DNA of 64,000 bases, taken from contig JAQGDQ010000455.1 in NCBI GenBank assembly GCA_030141605.1, forward strand, positions 121,776 to 185,775, written 5' to 3'. The position numbers were made by a program, and so were the translations under genes. Below, in pieces: positions 12,291-26,099 of this stretch (the first letter of the stretch is position 1; each line of letters opens with the position of its first letter). Source of the DNA: Tubiluchus corallicola (lineage: Eukaryota; Animalia; Priapulida). The notes beneath the pieces were generated by a model that saw only the letters and a list, made by a program, of their open reading frames with translations, made no database searches and had not been told where the DNA came from.

Positions 12291-13554
12291 CAATACCAAG
12301 AAAAAAGAGCACAAATCCAATTTTTTCTATAGATGTTAAGCTAGCCATTTAGGAGTTAGGATGTTGTTATGTAAATTTACACGACATTTTGGGACCAACG
12401 TTACTTTTGTCATTGTCAAAATATATCACATTATAATAAAGCAGAAACTACAAACTATATGAGCTCACAAAGCTACACACTCACTTATATTGACTGCTTT
12501 TATTTAAGTCAGTGAATTTGGTCAAAATGTATCAATTCGGTATGCTCAACTGTGCACAATCGTATTGTTATACTAGTAAACAATGCAGCTCAACTCTGCA
12601 TTTTGAACTGTTTAGTGGTACAAGATAACTCTCGTACTAAGTTGCCACTGATCTATAATTTTTTTAATGTAAGCTGTATTTATCATTTTGATAATGATAT
12701 TTCTTTTGTAAATGTGTTTTATGTGTATGTTGTGACTTGTGAAATTGTATTGCAGTATCATGTAATCTAATTAAAACGGGTACAAATATTATACTAATAG
12801 CTATTATGTAGTGTAGAGTACAAGTGTACATATGACATACTCTCATAAGTTTTCTTTAGCTGACATTGTTTCATATTTTTATTTATTTTATTGTTTTCTT
12901 GCCTGTCACCAATCTTTTGAGTTAGAAAATGTCAAAAAATTATATCTTCATTCTATTTTTGTTTTACGAATGTTGACAAGCACAATGATTTTTCTATCAT
13001 TGAAAGTTTCTAAACAGATTCTGAATAATTATCTGTTGAGCTACACATAAATGCTACTAAGAAGCTAAACCTTTAAGACAGGCACTGAAAGAAAATTGTT
13101 TCTTTGCAATGCTTACCTTTATAAGTAACATGTACAGTGGAAGAATATGTAGATTTTGTTTGCATAATCGTGTTATTTATTAAACTTGTTACGAGTTGAT
13201 TATTGTGTTGGCAGCCTTTTATTTTTCTGCGTGAGTGCAAAAGCTATATCACAATGTTATTGTGCTACAAATGCTTTCCAGTGAAACTGTAACATTTCTT
13301 AACTTTCACTTTGTCAAATTTATCTTTGTCATCAACATGACACACGTAATACATGTGTTGTAGTGGATAAGTCGAATGATCTGTTTTAATGTACCAAAAT
13401 GCATGGCATCTTCCTTATCTGCTGCTTTTTGCTATGCCTCTGGTATTGGACTTAACCTACTAAAATCCGTAATCTACATTCTAGTACTTTGCTATTTTGT
13501 GTGCTTAGGGTTCTAACGGTGCATGTCTTCACTTTTTGCTATTTGTTGTTCTAG

Positions 13555-13644
13555 TTTCATCTCACACTGTCGGAGGACGGAAGCGGGCGTGGTGCCGCAA
13601 TTGTCGCTGCTGTAGCTTACCGCATGGAACAGAGAATCAAGTAG
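13555..13644 (+). CDS. HK: Hexokinase alternative terminal exon 9b (FHLTLSEDGSGRGAAIVAAVAYRMEQRIK*)
   Basis: Branch point TTCTAAC at 13511-13517, pyrimidine tract, ttctag| phase-0 acceptor, canonical SEDGSGRGAA, TAG stop; gives a 495-aa protein. Confidence 0.9.
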   Translation, partial: FHLTLSEDGSGRGAAIVAAVAYRMEQRIK

Positions 13645-15004
13645 TTCTTGTTGATAACATGACATGCTACTAACAGTAGAAATTTGTTTATACAGTGTTA
13701 TGTGGTAGCCGAAGTGCAAAAACGTTAAGTTAACTGTTGTTAAATACAACGGTAGTTTGAAAAGGGTTTTATGCATGCTTAATAGAATGGGGCATGTCAA
13801 TTTTATCAGTGGTTGTGCCAGTACAAATCACGTAAGCAGCTCGAATTATTATTGAATAATAATTTTGAATTTTGAATTATCATTGCTTTTCTTTGATATA
13901 CTAATATACTATGCGTTTATATCTTATTTTTTAAATGCCAATCTGCTCTAAGTAATGTCTACATTTGACTAATATATGTGAAACCTGGAAAAACTTACAC
14001 AAACTAAATTTACAAGTTTATGGCAAACGAGTATCAGGAATTCTTGTGGTGTGCATACATGTGCATTACAATTACTAACATCTAAACAATCTGTTTTAGC
14101 TTGATTGCTCATGTTTTAACTCAGCTTTGGCTGTATATACTTGTTTTTTATGTATGTCTTTGATTAGTACTACTGACCAATTAATTATCCAGGTACCATC
14201 AAGGCAAAGTTTGCCGTATTTACAATAAATACTTCAGACGGAAAATCAGCTTCAGAATAATTTTAAATTTATTGAACAATTTCCGTATCAGAAATAATTT
14301 TTATTTTATGCTATAATAGACACACAGGCTATAATGGACACACTTAGGAAAATTTTTAAATTAGTTCATGTGAAAATTGCTGTAGTGTTTTATAAACATT
14401 TAACTCGGTATAATCCCAGCTAGATAGCACTCAATTTTTTTTTGTACCAAACTATAGACTTGCTAATAATGATTTCGGGCTTGGCTTCGCATAAACATTA
14501 ATAGCACCTGACATTACCTTAATGTTGGCTCTTGGCCAAGGTCGTACCTTGGTGTAACTGTGTACCGGAGCAAATCTAGGCTTTTGGTCCAATCGTGTAT
14601 ATGCTTTATTTTGTCCAAGTGATTATCCAGCAGCTTCACTATTTCCACTTTTATTTAAATCAATTTTTCATAGTCTTTACTCCCTTTCCCTAAACTTGTT
14701 TGCACTTGCAAGGTTCTAGAAGTTTTTTTAATGAAAATTTCTACTTAAACAACGAAGACAGTTTGCCCAAGTTAACTGTGTCATTTTAAGACATAATGAC
14801 ATTTGCTGCTTTCGACTGTAGCAACATTTTGTGCTTGATGCATGATTATAAATATATCCAGCAGTTAATGTTTTTGTTAACATATGAGAAAATTTGCACT
14901 GTAGGTGGCGCTACGATGTAAATTTGTTAACAGTGGTTTTATGTTATAAACATTACAGCAGAGTGACGACTATTTCAACATTTTTCGAATAAATAAGCAA
15001 ATGT

Positions 15005-15100
15005 GTTGCACGACTTCAGAAGATTTAAAAACCCAAACCAATCGCACACTAAGTTGCACGACTTCAGAAGATTTAAAAACCCAAACCAATCGCACACTAA
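15005..15100. repeat. Perfect 48-bp tandem duplication
   Basis: gttgcacgacttcagaagatttaaaaacccaaaccaatcgcacactaa x2. Confidence 0.95.
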
Positions 15101-16171
15101 GTTTTTTAACATTAAATGCTAACAATTTGTGATTCTCTTTTGTGTTGTGCGATCTCCTAACATTTATGAGCTTTAATAAATGGACGGACACACACACGGC
15201 ACAGTTTAGCATTTTTCGTAGCTGGTGCTGACGTCTCAGATGCTAGGAAAACACAATCATCGGCAACGAGAAACGTTAGAAGTTACGTTTTCGTCCATTT
15301 AGTGTCACACCACTGTCAATACTGGAGAGCAAAGAGAGTTTTTAGCTGAATATGCGAAATATACTGGTGGTACAGTATGTGTGTCTTTTGTTAAATTTTG
15401 TAAGTGTTCTTAACCTCAATGAAAATATTATGTTTAGCTGCCACAGTGCAAATTGGTGTGGCAGAAAGTTTTACACTGGATATTTAGACCAAATTTAATA
15501 GACTTGTTGACGGAACAACGTAATTTAACTTAGCAAATGTACATCATTAACCTTGCCAACTATTAAGTCTTAAAGTAATGTGTAACCTATAAACTGAGAC
15601 TATTCGCGTCTACCTGGGATGACAACCTATTTGTAGCACTTTAGCGTTAACGTCTAAACGTAGTCTGTATATTTTGTCTTAGTTTTAATTTATGGTTTTC
15701 TCGTTTCGTTTGGTAAGACTGAACTTTGCAATCGCATTTATTATCAAATAGTGTTGAAAAATTTTAATTTTTTCTGTGTTGTGTATAAACTGCACCAAGT
15801 TGTCATGGATTACGTTGGGCTGAGGCTGCTAAATACCGGGCTTATTTTTCGTTTAATGTTGTGTTGTTTGCTATAAACAATGGTTATTACCATTAAAATC
15901 TTTAGCTTAACGTTTCTGTAATGCTTTATGTCCAGATATTGTGAAAACATTTAGTAAAATTATTTTTACGCATATCAATTATGTATGCGGTATGCCCTAT
16001 GCTGCAATTGTTTTACTTGATTATCTCTCATAATAATTTACATTATTCTTAGGTTAACTCAGGGAATTTTAGTGTTTAAGTTTCTTGTGTCTTCATCACC
16101 ACTCTGTTAGGCGTAGCGCTATCACCTATATACGCGGCTCTCGATGGTATAATCTGTATAAACTTTGCACA

Positions 16172-16235
16172 AATAAACGTTAACGTTGTTATCTTCAGTA
16201 TTTCTCGTTCGTCTTTAATTTCTTTTTTGTTTGAG
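16172..16235 (+). terminator. Candidate distal polyadenylation signal of hexokinase
   Basis: AATAAA at 16172-16177 followed by a U/GU-rich tract; another AATAAA at 14224-14229. Confidence 0.4.
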
Positions 16236-16749
16236 CGTAACTTTAACACGAAATTCCTATGTCTATATAAACTTCCAATTGACTTATTGTTACTTCAAAA
16301 AAATACATACAATTTATAACGTATATAAATGGAAGTTGCATTATAAAACATTGCGTTTGGAAATGGCCGATAGATGGCGCGGACAGATCCCGAGTCTCAA
16401 CGATTAAAAATATGTCTGGCTGAAGCCTATACGTAGTTAATATTGAGTAAACACGTGAATTGTTGTTGACATTCTGACCTGCATGCAACGAAATCATATT
16501 AGTTAAGACGTGATTAATTGTTTATAGTGTAGTTATCGCACAAACAAGTTGCAAGTTTGATAACACTTTGTAACTTTTGCCAGTGAATTTTTCATTGATT
16601 TTTTTTAAATGTTCCAAACGCAAAATATGGTTCTAGCATGTGCGTTTGTCAGTCGACAGTCAGCGTGAAGAACTAGTAGGTACGTGATCTTTGGTTTAAT
16701 TTTCAAAATGTGCATTTCTGAGTAGGTTGTTTGCCTTTATCAACATAGC

Positions 16750-17170
16750 TTAAAGGAAGACAAGATGATTTTTCATATATTAACATATCTCATTCCATGA
16801 GCGCGTTGCACGTGTTTGTCAAAACGAAACTTGAAATGCTACTATAAGAGACTCAGGGTGTTGTACTAAGACACTGCAAGTTTTAAAATAAAAATTTTAA
16901 TCTCATATTTACCGCTGTGCTCACACATTACCTGTCGAACATGTGCAGTACGTCAGACACGAACACCTCTGAACTGAGAGGTACAGCACCTGTCTTTTGT
17001 GCGACGGCACAAAATTGCTGGCGTTAATGTCCATCTAATTAGTGAATGGTGAAATGCCTGTAACAACGAAGAACTAGTGGCGCGAACGCGAAATTGCGTT
17101 TGCGTGGTAATAATTCTTTCACGCAAGTCATTTTTGAAAAAAAATACAGTGTTTCCTTTCAATATTTTAA
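16750..17170 (+). mobile_element. Dispersed repeat family A (TTAA-bounded, Kolobok-like), copy 1
   Basis: Starts TTAA|AGGAAGACAAGATG; homologous to 28759-29319 (-) and 30837-31210 (+). Confidence 0.65.
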
Positions 17171-17189
17171 ATAGTAGATTATTTAAAAT

Positions 17190-17862
<673 letters not shown>

Positions 17863-18159
17863 CTATTGCATGGATAAGCTTTTAGCTACGCGCCATATTA
17901 TGCACCTCAACTTAGCCAAGTACTGGACCTCTATTTTAAGAATCGGTCTCGTATTCTTGCAATTCGCTAAAATTAAGAATGCACAAGCAATTGCTCTCTT
18001 TTAATTGCATTTTAGACATGTGTCATAGCTACCAAGATGTAAACAATTCATCCATATCCAACTAGAGTTAGTCTGTGTTCTAGGCTTTTTTGTATTTTTT
18101 AATTATTGTAAGAAACTATCAGTTGAGGAACTTTAGAAATTGACAGTCTTCACGTAGTT

Positions 18160-18783
18160 TTTCAGAACAAGAAAACACTATTCTTAGATAAAGTTAACAA
18201 TATTCGTCTTAAAATTATGTATCTCTTACATGTTGTCTTTTATCATGCGCAGAACTTGCATTACCAGTAACGCAGTAAAATTTGCAAATTTAAACTCCCT
18301 CGATGACCGTTATCTTGAAGTCGCAGATATTCGTTACATGATGACGTTGTAGTAGACCAGTCATTTTAACGGTAAGTCGCTGGAAGCAAGATTAGATAAC
18401 ATTCCTTAAAAATAACAGCGCATTCGTAGCGCACACTTCACAAATTAAGCAAAAAATAAATTACTTTATCTTGTCGATAAGATTAATAATATGTTTTTGG
18501 TGAAAAAGTTAGCGATTTCTGGTACACGATGGGATAGTGAAACAGTTAACGATTTCTGGTGCACGCTGGGATATTGAAACCGTGAAACAGTTAACGTATC
18601 TGGTACACGCTGGGATAGTGAAACTGTGAAACATTTACCAGCTGGCGCAAACATTTTAGATTATCAAGAAGTTTCGTTTTCAGTTATATGTCCTTCAAAC
18701 AGATAAGCATAATGCAAACTATTATAACTTTGTACACCAAGTTTTTGAGGCATATGTAAAATTCCCTTTTCTTCTCTTTTAAC
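18160..18783 (+). mobile_element. Dispersed repeat family B, copy 1, with three internal ~36-45 bp tandem units at 18508-18630
   Basis: Shares tttaaactccc.cgatgaccgtta, gcattcgtagc and tgtc.ataagatta blocks with 23050-23560, 50037-50730 (-) and 55915-56201. Confidence 0.7.
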
Positions 18784-18824
18784 AACGACAGATAACGGCA
18801 GAAGCAAATGCAAGGATAACAGGT

Positions 18825-18910
18825 AGAACAGAACAGAATAGAATTTTATTTTTTACATGGAGCACATTAAATTGTGTACACTATATTTCTTTAATGGTCT
18901 CCATGGCACG
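18825..18910 (-). mobile_element. LINE 3' tail (CR1/L2-like)
   Basis: Minus strand reads AATAAA followed by (ATTCT/GTTCT)n. Confidence 0.4.
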
Positions 18911-20578
18911 TTGGTATTACTTAAAGTTTAAAACAGAACAGAATACCTTGAAATTAAACAAAACTAACAACCGACCAAGTACTAAAACAATTAAGTCACA
19001 AAATACTTTGTAAAATTAGATACGGGCTGGAAGCAAAAGTTATATAAAAGTACTAACTTAAACGGGTTAAAGTTCTTTATACTAAACAAAATTAGCTACA
19101 ATTACAATTACTAAATCAGACACATTATAAAACAGTTCGTAAAATAATACATAAAGCTTGCAACCAGTTTGTAAAATTTCAGTCAATAAATCTGTTTTTA
19201 GGCGTTAAAATTTAATTAATAAAAACGTTTGTGATACATAAAATACAGGAAAACAATACATGTAGTCACGGGTAAGAGTGTTATCATCTGATTTAATTGT
19301 TTTTTGATCTTAGAAGCCAAAGAATTAGAATTGTATAATAGTGACATGACTAAACGTGACACGACTGAAGCCACGTGCGTGACTCATACAATTATTTCTC
19401 AACTATAAAAGTGCGCAAAATATTGTTGGAATTTGGCTATTAATGTGAGACGGTAGGTAAGGCAGCATCAGTTGGAAAAATGTCTGTGCCCGAAACGCAA
19501 ATTTAACATTCCTTGGTTTTGGAAAATTTAATATTCTTGTATTTATTTGGAAAAAATATTTGATGGGTCGGTTGACTGTACGAAAGCTTAAAAGCTCAGA
19601 ACAGTAAAGACGCTGAACGTTCAACACTCTGGCATAGAAAACGAATATCGCAGCTGTTACAACACATCTATTACTAACTTTTTAAATGGCTTAGTGTATG
19701 TCTATTAGACACCTGCAGGTCTAGGCCTATATATCCACACTAGGTGCGAGGTTTGCACATTATTGATCACTTGTGGATTATCACGATAAAAAACTGGTTT
19801 TGCACGTACTGTTGAAAGAGTTATAACAGTAACAAACGCTTAGCGTAAAATGTCATAAAATTAGATATTTTTAACGTTAAAATTTATTGTTATAGCGGTT
19901 GCTACAACTACTAAAATGACGTTCAGAGTGGACCATTTCATACTCTAGGATGCTAAATGTACGAAAAACTAGAAAAATAAAAAAGCAAAATGCGTGCGCC
20001 GATAATTGTTGCAATTTCGTCTTTACTTTCTTCCTGTCAAACATAATTAATTAATTAAAAAAAACTTGCCACTAACTGCAACATTGGCCACAGTTTTCTC
20101 AGTTTCCTGAATATTCTGGGAATGACCTCTGAGCTAGATTATTACTTGGGATATATTGTATTCCAATCGCCACAATGAAATATCTCGGTGAAATGATAAA
20201 TGTCATACAGGAGCAATTACATTTCCAAGCGGTTGACAGTGACCTTCAAAACTTGTGGCACACTCGCTGTGATATTCTGTGTATTTTTGCAGATGTCATC
20301 AATTGGGCAAAAAAGATGAGCCTGTGATTCGAAGTTGGCTGTACTACTTAAATTTTGACTTTATGTGCACAGTTTCTTTACAGTGGTGTGGCGACTTTTC
20401 TTTATATTAGACTTCTAATTAGTACTTTTCTTCTAGCTTCACAACCTGTCTCTTCCAAAACAGAAGAGGTAATGAAGACGAAACTCGAAGTTATATAAAA
20501 GGTCCTGGAGCCAAAGTTTGGAATTTTATAATATGTCAGCCACTAAGACGTTATTATTATCATCTGGCGGAACTGCGC

Positions 20579-21575
20579 AAGGCTGGCAGTACGGTAAGGT
20601 AGGAAAAAATACCGTACTTCGTACCTTTAAAAAATACCGCCCCGTACCTACAAAATCGAATCGTACCGTAATTCCCTACCAAACTTCGTACTAAGTGCAT
20701 GTAGGATCTACTATAAAAAGATAGAGTGACATAAAAGTTAACTGTAGAAACGATAAGTTTATCAATTGTTGTTATGAAATTATGCGTACTATAAAAACAG
20801 AACTGCTATTCGAGCTTATTTATTTTAAGTTACAAAAGTTACACGGAATTATGCACGAGATATGAAATTATTTTGAGTTAGTTTTTCTTAATAAATAGTT
20901 TTGTGGCAGACACGACGAGTTACGTTCATTAACCAGTTTTTAATTGTTGTCTTAAATTATGTGCTTATTAGTGACAAATTTATAATGAGGATCCAAATTT
21001 AATGTATTGCCTAAAACATTTGTAACTATACCACGCAGGCTAACACGATACGTCTCGAATTTCTGTCGTTGGCAAAGCAAATCTTTAACTCAGATATTGC
21101 ACTCAAGCTATACAGATTTTCTGAAACGAGAAAGAAGGTAAAAACAACACAGGTTAAAATGGCACAGAAAAAAGGCGCGGGTTTTACCGTGTCATTTTTA
21201 CCTGTACCATTTTTGCCGTGCACAGCAGTACATTCCTACACAAATCTTAGAAATAGCAGTTAGAGCAGCGGTGTTACATGAATAGGTGGTAAACAATATA
21301 TCCAGTTTGTATGAGTGCAACAATAAAGGTAAGGTTTTTACGGAAAATGGTAACCGGCGCTTCTAAACAACTTGCCACTCTTGCATCCAAAGCGAACCAA
21401 CCTAGCCGTTTTGTTAGGGTGTGCTCTGTGTTAATTAGGGGAGAATAATAAGTCCCCACCCAAGAGGCAAAACAAGTCGTCACAAACGTTGCAAGAACCT
21501 ACGTAAGGTAGTACGGAAAAGGTACGAAAAAGTGCCGTAATTTCGTACCGTACCGTACGGTACTGGCAGCTTTTG
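20579..21575. mobile_element. hAT-like MITE with GTACC subterminal repeats and a nested small hairpin MITE (21135-21222)
   Basis: Ends aaggctggcagtacggt / gtactggcagcttttg; flanks aactgcgc and agctgtgc (6/8, degenerate 8-bp TSD). Confidence 0.65.
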
Positions 21576-23049
21576 AGCTGTGCCAATCCGCCCCAACCAT
21601 CGAAACACTGTCAACAGACTAGCTTGCATTATTAGGAGCTCTCGTGAAATAACGCTTTCTTCATTTTAGCGCATGTAAGTTACATTGTCCGCTCGAAAAC
21701 TTAAATATTTTGATGATGACATTGAGGCCTAATACCCGGTGTCATAATTTGTTTACGAAAATAATAATGCTTTCTCACAGGTTATATCGTGCCGAAGATT
21801 TTCAAATTGACTTAACAGTGTCATTTCAGCTTTTGTTTACTACGCAATAATAACTGTGATAGAGGGCAACAACAACAACAATAATTAACAGCAACAACAA
21901 TGATAAACAACAACAACATCATTAGAACCCAAAATCGACACAGTTGGTGCAATCGACATGGACTGATGCAGTAATTAGCGGCACGACATATGTAAACAAT
22001 GAAGAATTAAATTAATAAGTGATGTTGTTGTATTTACAACTATATTTTTATTCCGTTAAGAAGGAACTGTTTAGCGGTTCTCCTTTTGAGACTGTTTCCC
22101 TATGAGCACGCACCCGTATACTGTATTAAATCCACTTCTCGTCCTTCTGACAAACTTTATAGTCGCTGACTGGTTGCTGTTTTTTGGGCATTTATAGTAT
22201 AATCATCGAATCGACCAATGTATTTAGATTCTAAGTTTCAAAAAACGATGCTCACTTTGATTTTAACTGTCATATGCAGTAGAGAAACTGCACAATCATT
22301 TCAATGCTGGTGTATAACCTGTTTCAAAGCCACTAATGGAGCCATTTAAAGACAGCCAGGGAAGCTGCAAAGCTTTTACAAATATTTACAAAATGCTGCC
22401 TTGGGAAGGAAGTACATCATCTTAGTGTGGTAATAACCTCTTAAGTATTTGGCGCATTTATGAGTGCTTAAAACGTCTGATAATCTGTCATGTCCAGTGA
22501 CACTATCTAATCAGCAAAATCCGTGCAAAATGTACCAACATTTCCGTGAATTTTTACATTGAATTGCAGCACAACAAATAATTCGATGTGGACGTAACCG
22601 TTTCGCGGTTCCAAAAGCATTTTCTTAGGCAACACAGGTTTTATAGCTGCATCGTGTTAATTATAATGTATGTAAGGTCCATATTTCCCTCACTTTCTCG
22701 TTCCCTACGTTACAATACTGACTAAGAGTTATGATAGAAAGTCAAGGTCTTAAGTGCTTGGAGGTGTTTAAGAATTGGCGTCTCTGTTCACAGCACCCAA
22801 TTTTGCTTTACCCAGTTTAAGCCAGTGATAAACTGCCAGATACATCTTGGTCTAAAATTGATAGCGTTTTTTTGTTTTGAAGAGTAATTTCTACATGACA
22901 TATAGAGTTTGATTGGCTACATGACAGATCTTGTTAGGTGACAGAAACCAGGAAGCGGATGTTTAATTAAGTTAATTAGTTAGTGTGGATAGTCCTAATT
23001 GTGAAGTGAGGTAAGCTTCCGCTTGATTTGTTATTCTATTGAAATTTAA

Positions 23050-23560
23050 AGCACAAGAAAACCCTCCATATACATAAAAGCTTAAAAAATTCGTCTCGAA
23101 ATTTTATACCACTTACATACTACCTTTTTGCATGCAGGGCCTGCATCGGCCGCAACGCTGTACAAAACTTGTAAATTTTTAAACTCCCGCGATGACCGTT
23201 AGGCGCAGCCATTTTACTGTTATGGTAGGTCGTTTGAAACAAGTTTGGATAACACTGAGTGAAGTCTGAAAAAATAATCAGAGCATTCGTAGCATACATG
23301 TTGCTAACTAAATGAAATTTAAAACTACTGTATCTAGTCAATAAGATTAAAAATATGTTTTTGTTTAGTGAGTGGTGCACCCTGGAGGGCGAGTCAGCAA
23401 CATTTTGCCAATCGGTGAAAGCATTTAATTAATTAATAATTTTCTTTTTTAATTATGTAAGTCTTTTAAGCAGGTAAGCGAAATGCTAAGTAACATAACA
23501 TAACTTTGCATGAAAAGTCTTTTGGGACATAGTTTAACATTTCCTTTTCTTTCCCTGATT
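23050..23560 (+). mobile_element. Dispersed repeat family B, copy 2
   Basis: Colinear with the copies at 18160 and 50037. Confidence 0.7.
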
Positions 23561-23878
23561 TACGTTTTGCGTATATGACGCCATGTAATGACGTGTCGGA
23601 ACTGTCGCGAGAAATTTAAAATGAAAACAAACAAAAATTCTTTTCAATGCGAGTACGATATATGCTATAAAGTAATACAATTTTTTTGAGGCGATTTTTC
23701 TTAAACGTACTTCAGGTACCTCTTTTCTTGTCTTTTAACTTAGTATTTTCGCGTGCTTCTTGAATAACGCTGTTACCAAATATCAGTTTTTTATCTGCCG
23801 TAAATTACTGGCATGCTAACGGTCTCACATCTATATCTACTGTTATACAGTACAATGGTAAATAAAGATTATTTGCCT

Positions 23879-24123
23879 GTCCGTCCGTCCGTCCGTCCGT
23901 CCGTCCGTCCGTCCATCCATCCATCCATCCATCCATCCATCCATCAATACATCCATCCATCCATCCATCCATCTGTCTATCTGTCCGGCTATGCATCTAC
24001 CTATTTACCTACCTACTTACCTACCTTCCTACCTACCTACCTACCTACCTACCTACCTACCTACCTACCTACCTACCTACCTACCTACTTACCTACCTAC
24101 CTACCTACCTACCTACCTACCCA
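23879..24123. repeat. Compound tetranucleotide microsatellite (GTCC)n(ATCC)n(CTAC)n
   Basis: Direct reading. Confidence 0.95.
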
Positions 24124-24139
24124 TCAACTATCTATCTAT

Positions 24140-24620
24140 GTGGAAGAGGCACGTCAGGCGATATGACGATCTGTATCGTTGTCACAGACGGAAATCCGTG
24201 TTTAAAGAGTTTTCATTCTGCTCCATGACCTCGCGTAACCAGTGTACCTTGAACCTCAACAGCCAAATAGGTTTTATCAAGCAGTCAAAAAAAGTATTGA
24301 AAAATCTGCTAAGAGAGGCCAAAAAAGAGTGGAAGATCTTTGTTTGGGTCTCCTGATTCACACGCCCAGGTTCTGGATTAGCGTGTTCCCCCATGGAACG
24401 ATAATGTTCAGGTTTTCGACTTACGAATCTTTGCTTTAACGAACAAATACAATACCATTGTATCACTATGAGTCGCACAACACGTTCTTGTCAAACTTAA
24501 AACATAATAATGCAGTTCGCATCCAAAAGCATGCATTTGGGAAGTAGCAAAATGTGACGTAGCCACCAGATCAAAGTTTATCAAAACCGGTGACAGAGCC
24601 CATAATTTTATGAATATATC
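24140..24620 (+). mobile_element. Degenerate Gypsy-type LTR retrotransposon integrase fragment
   Basis: Frameshifted pieces IVVTDGNPC (~VSDNGPQF), KKVLKNLLREAKK, EDLCLGLLIHTP (~D.YLALL.YRNTP) and SPME, in integrase order. Confidence 0.5.
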
Positions 24621-26099
24621 GCATGATGCCATTGCAACAAAACCCCACGTGTTATCAAAGGACAGTTGTGTGGTTATGTCCCAAAACAATATCTGATCTT
24701 ATATAATAAGAAAAGTCGTAACTATATCCAAGCCGACGTAAAGGAACACTTTGGCTTGGCAGAATCATGTCCAAGCATATTCCGCTTTAAAATTTAAAAT
24801 GTCAACCATGTTGTGTGATATACTCAATTTCAGTGATTGATTTCAGTCTGCTACTAGATCTTATATGAAACATCCCCCTTAAACGTCTATTAGCATTATA
24901 ATAAGTCTAACTTGGAATTTATAAAATGTTTTTTTAAAGTTTAGGTGCATAAAATCTTTCATAAATGTAAAAAAGAAAAAATTGTTTATGAGCTCAACGA
25001 TGTTTTATGAACACATTTTAATTCTGACGGTTGTGTAGGCCTATGATCTTGCGAATGATATGCCGTCTTTGTCAAAGTAATTCAAGTCTACTGATGGGGC
25101 CTGATAAAGAATGCATGTGTGGCCTATGCCTACTAGTGCCTATATGTAGGGCTGTTTGGCGGCTTCTAATTGATATTAATGTAGTGAATTAAGTTTTCTA
25201 AGCTCGATTAATTTAGTTGTCAGCATTACAGTTGAAAAAGCACGTAAGGCCTGGATGGCCTTGCTAGATAGGCGTATTACAATAATTATAATCATTTACA
25301 ACACCCCCTTCAGTTCGCTGACATGTCACGTGACATTATACCGTCAAAAATTTGTGAAATTTATCTGACGTGTTATCCAAGCCTGTTCTATCTGCGAGCA
25401 TCTAATGCCCTTGTTATACACTCCTCACATTATTATCGCATTACAGGCAAACCTATTATTTTTGCTTGAGCTGCAGACTTCACAGAGAGATGATGATTAT
25501 CATGCTAGACTGATGATTACTTTCATAACGCAGAAACTAAAGAAAGGGACGTTTAAATGAAGTTCTTTGCGTCATGCGTGCACTTTTTCCAGCATTTGAT
25601 AAACCATTTTCAAGCTAAGATAATAAGGATATTGAACTAATTTTATAGAAAGACTTTGTACAGCTTACAAAATTCTATTTTCTTTCCACTTTGCCGAATA
25701 ATTGTTATTAGTGAGTAATGACAAGCGCGTGTATTCGTGCAGAAGAGTGAAAAATACGAAATTTGTATTAAATTGCAATGGTAATTGCTTACAAAAGCGT
25801 TATTTTTGGAACCAGTTTTGTAGCCCGCTACATTTTATTAAGGAAACTGTCCCTGTCCTGTTTCTGAATGGAGTCCCACAGGAATTTCGGGACTGACGGA
25901 ACCAAACCATTTGAACACTTTATTCATTTGAGGTTTAAAAAAGCTTTGGTAGACTTTCTATGAGCTTGGCCATTCCCTGGCAGGAATTTCAAAAGTAGCG
26001 CAAAATAATAGTTCACCAAAACAGTCAAGAACTTGCACACTTCGATTTAAAAGCCTGAACCTTTGTAGTATGTTAGAACCTAAAAGGTGATTAATTTTG

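Noticed and set aside
12288-12332. Stop-codon readthrough of exon 9a (TAA CAA TAC)
   Set aside because: Only a partial match to CARYYA, UAA is the least leaky stop, and the extension QYQEKRAQIQFFL has no PTS1
18508-18630. CRISPR-like spaced repeats
   Set aside because: Eukaryotic DNA; contiguous tandem units without unique spacers, inside a dispersed repeat
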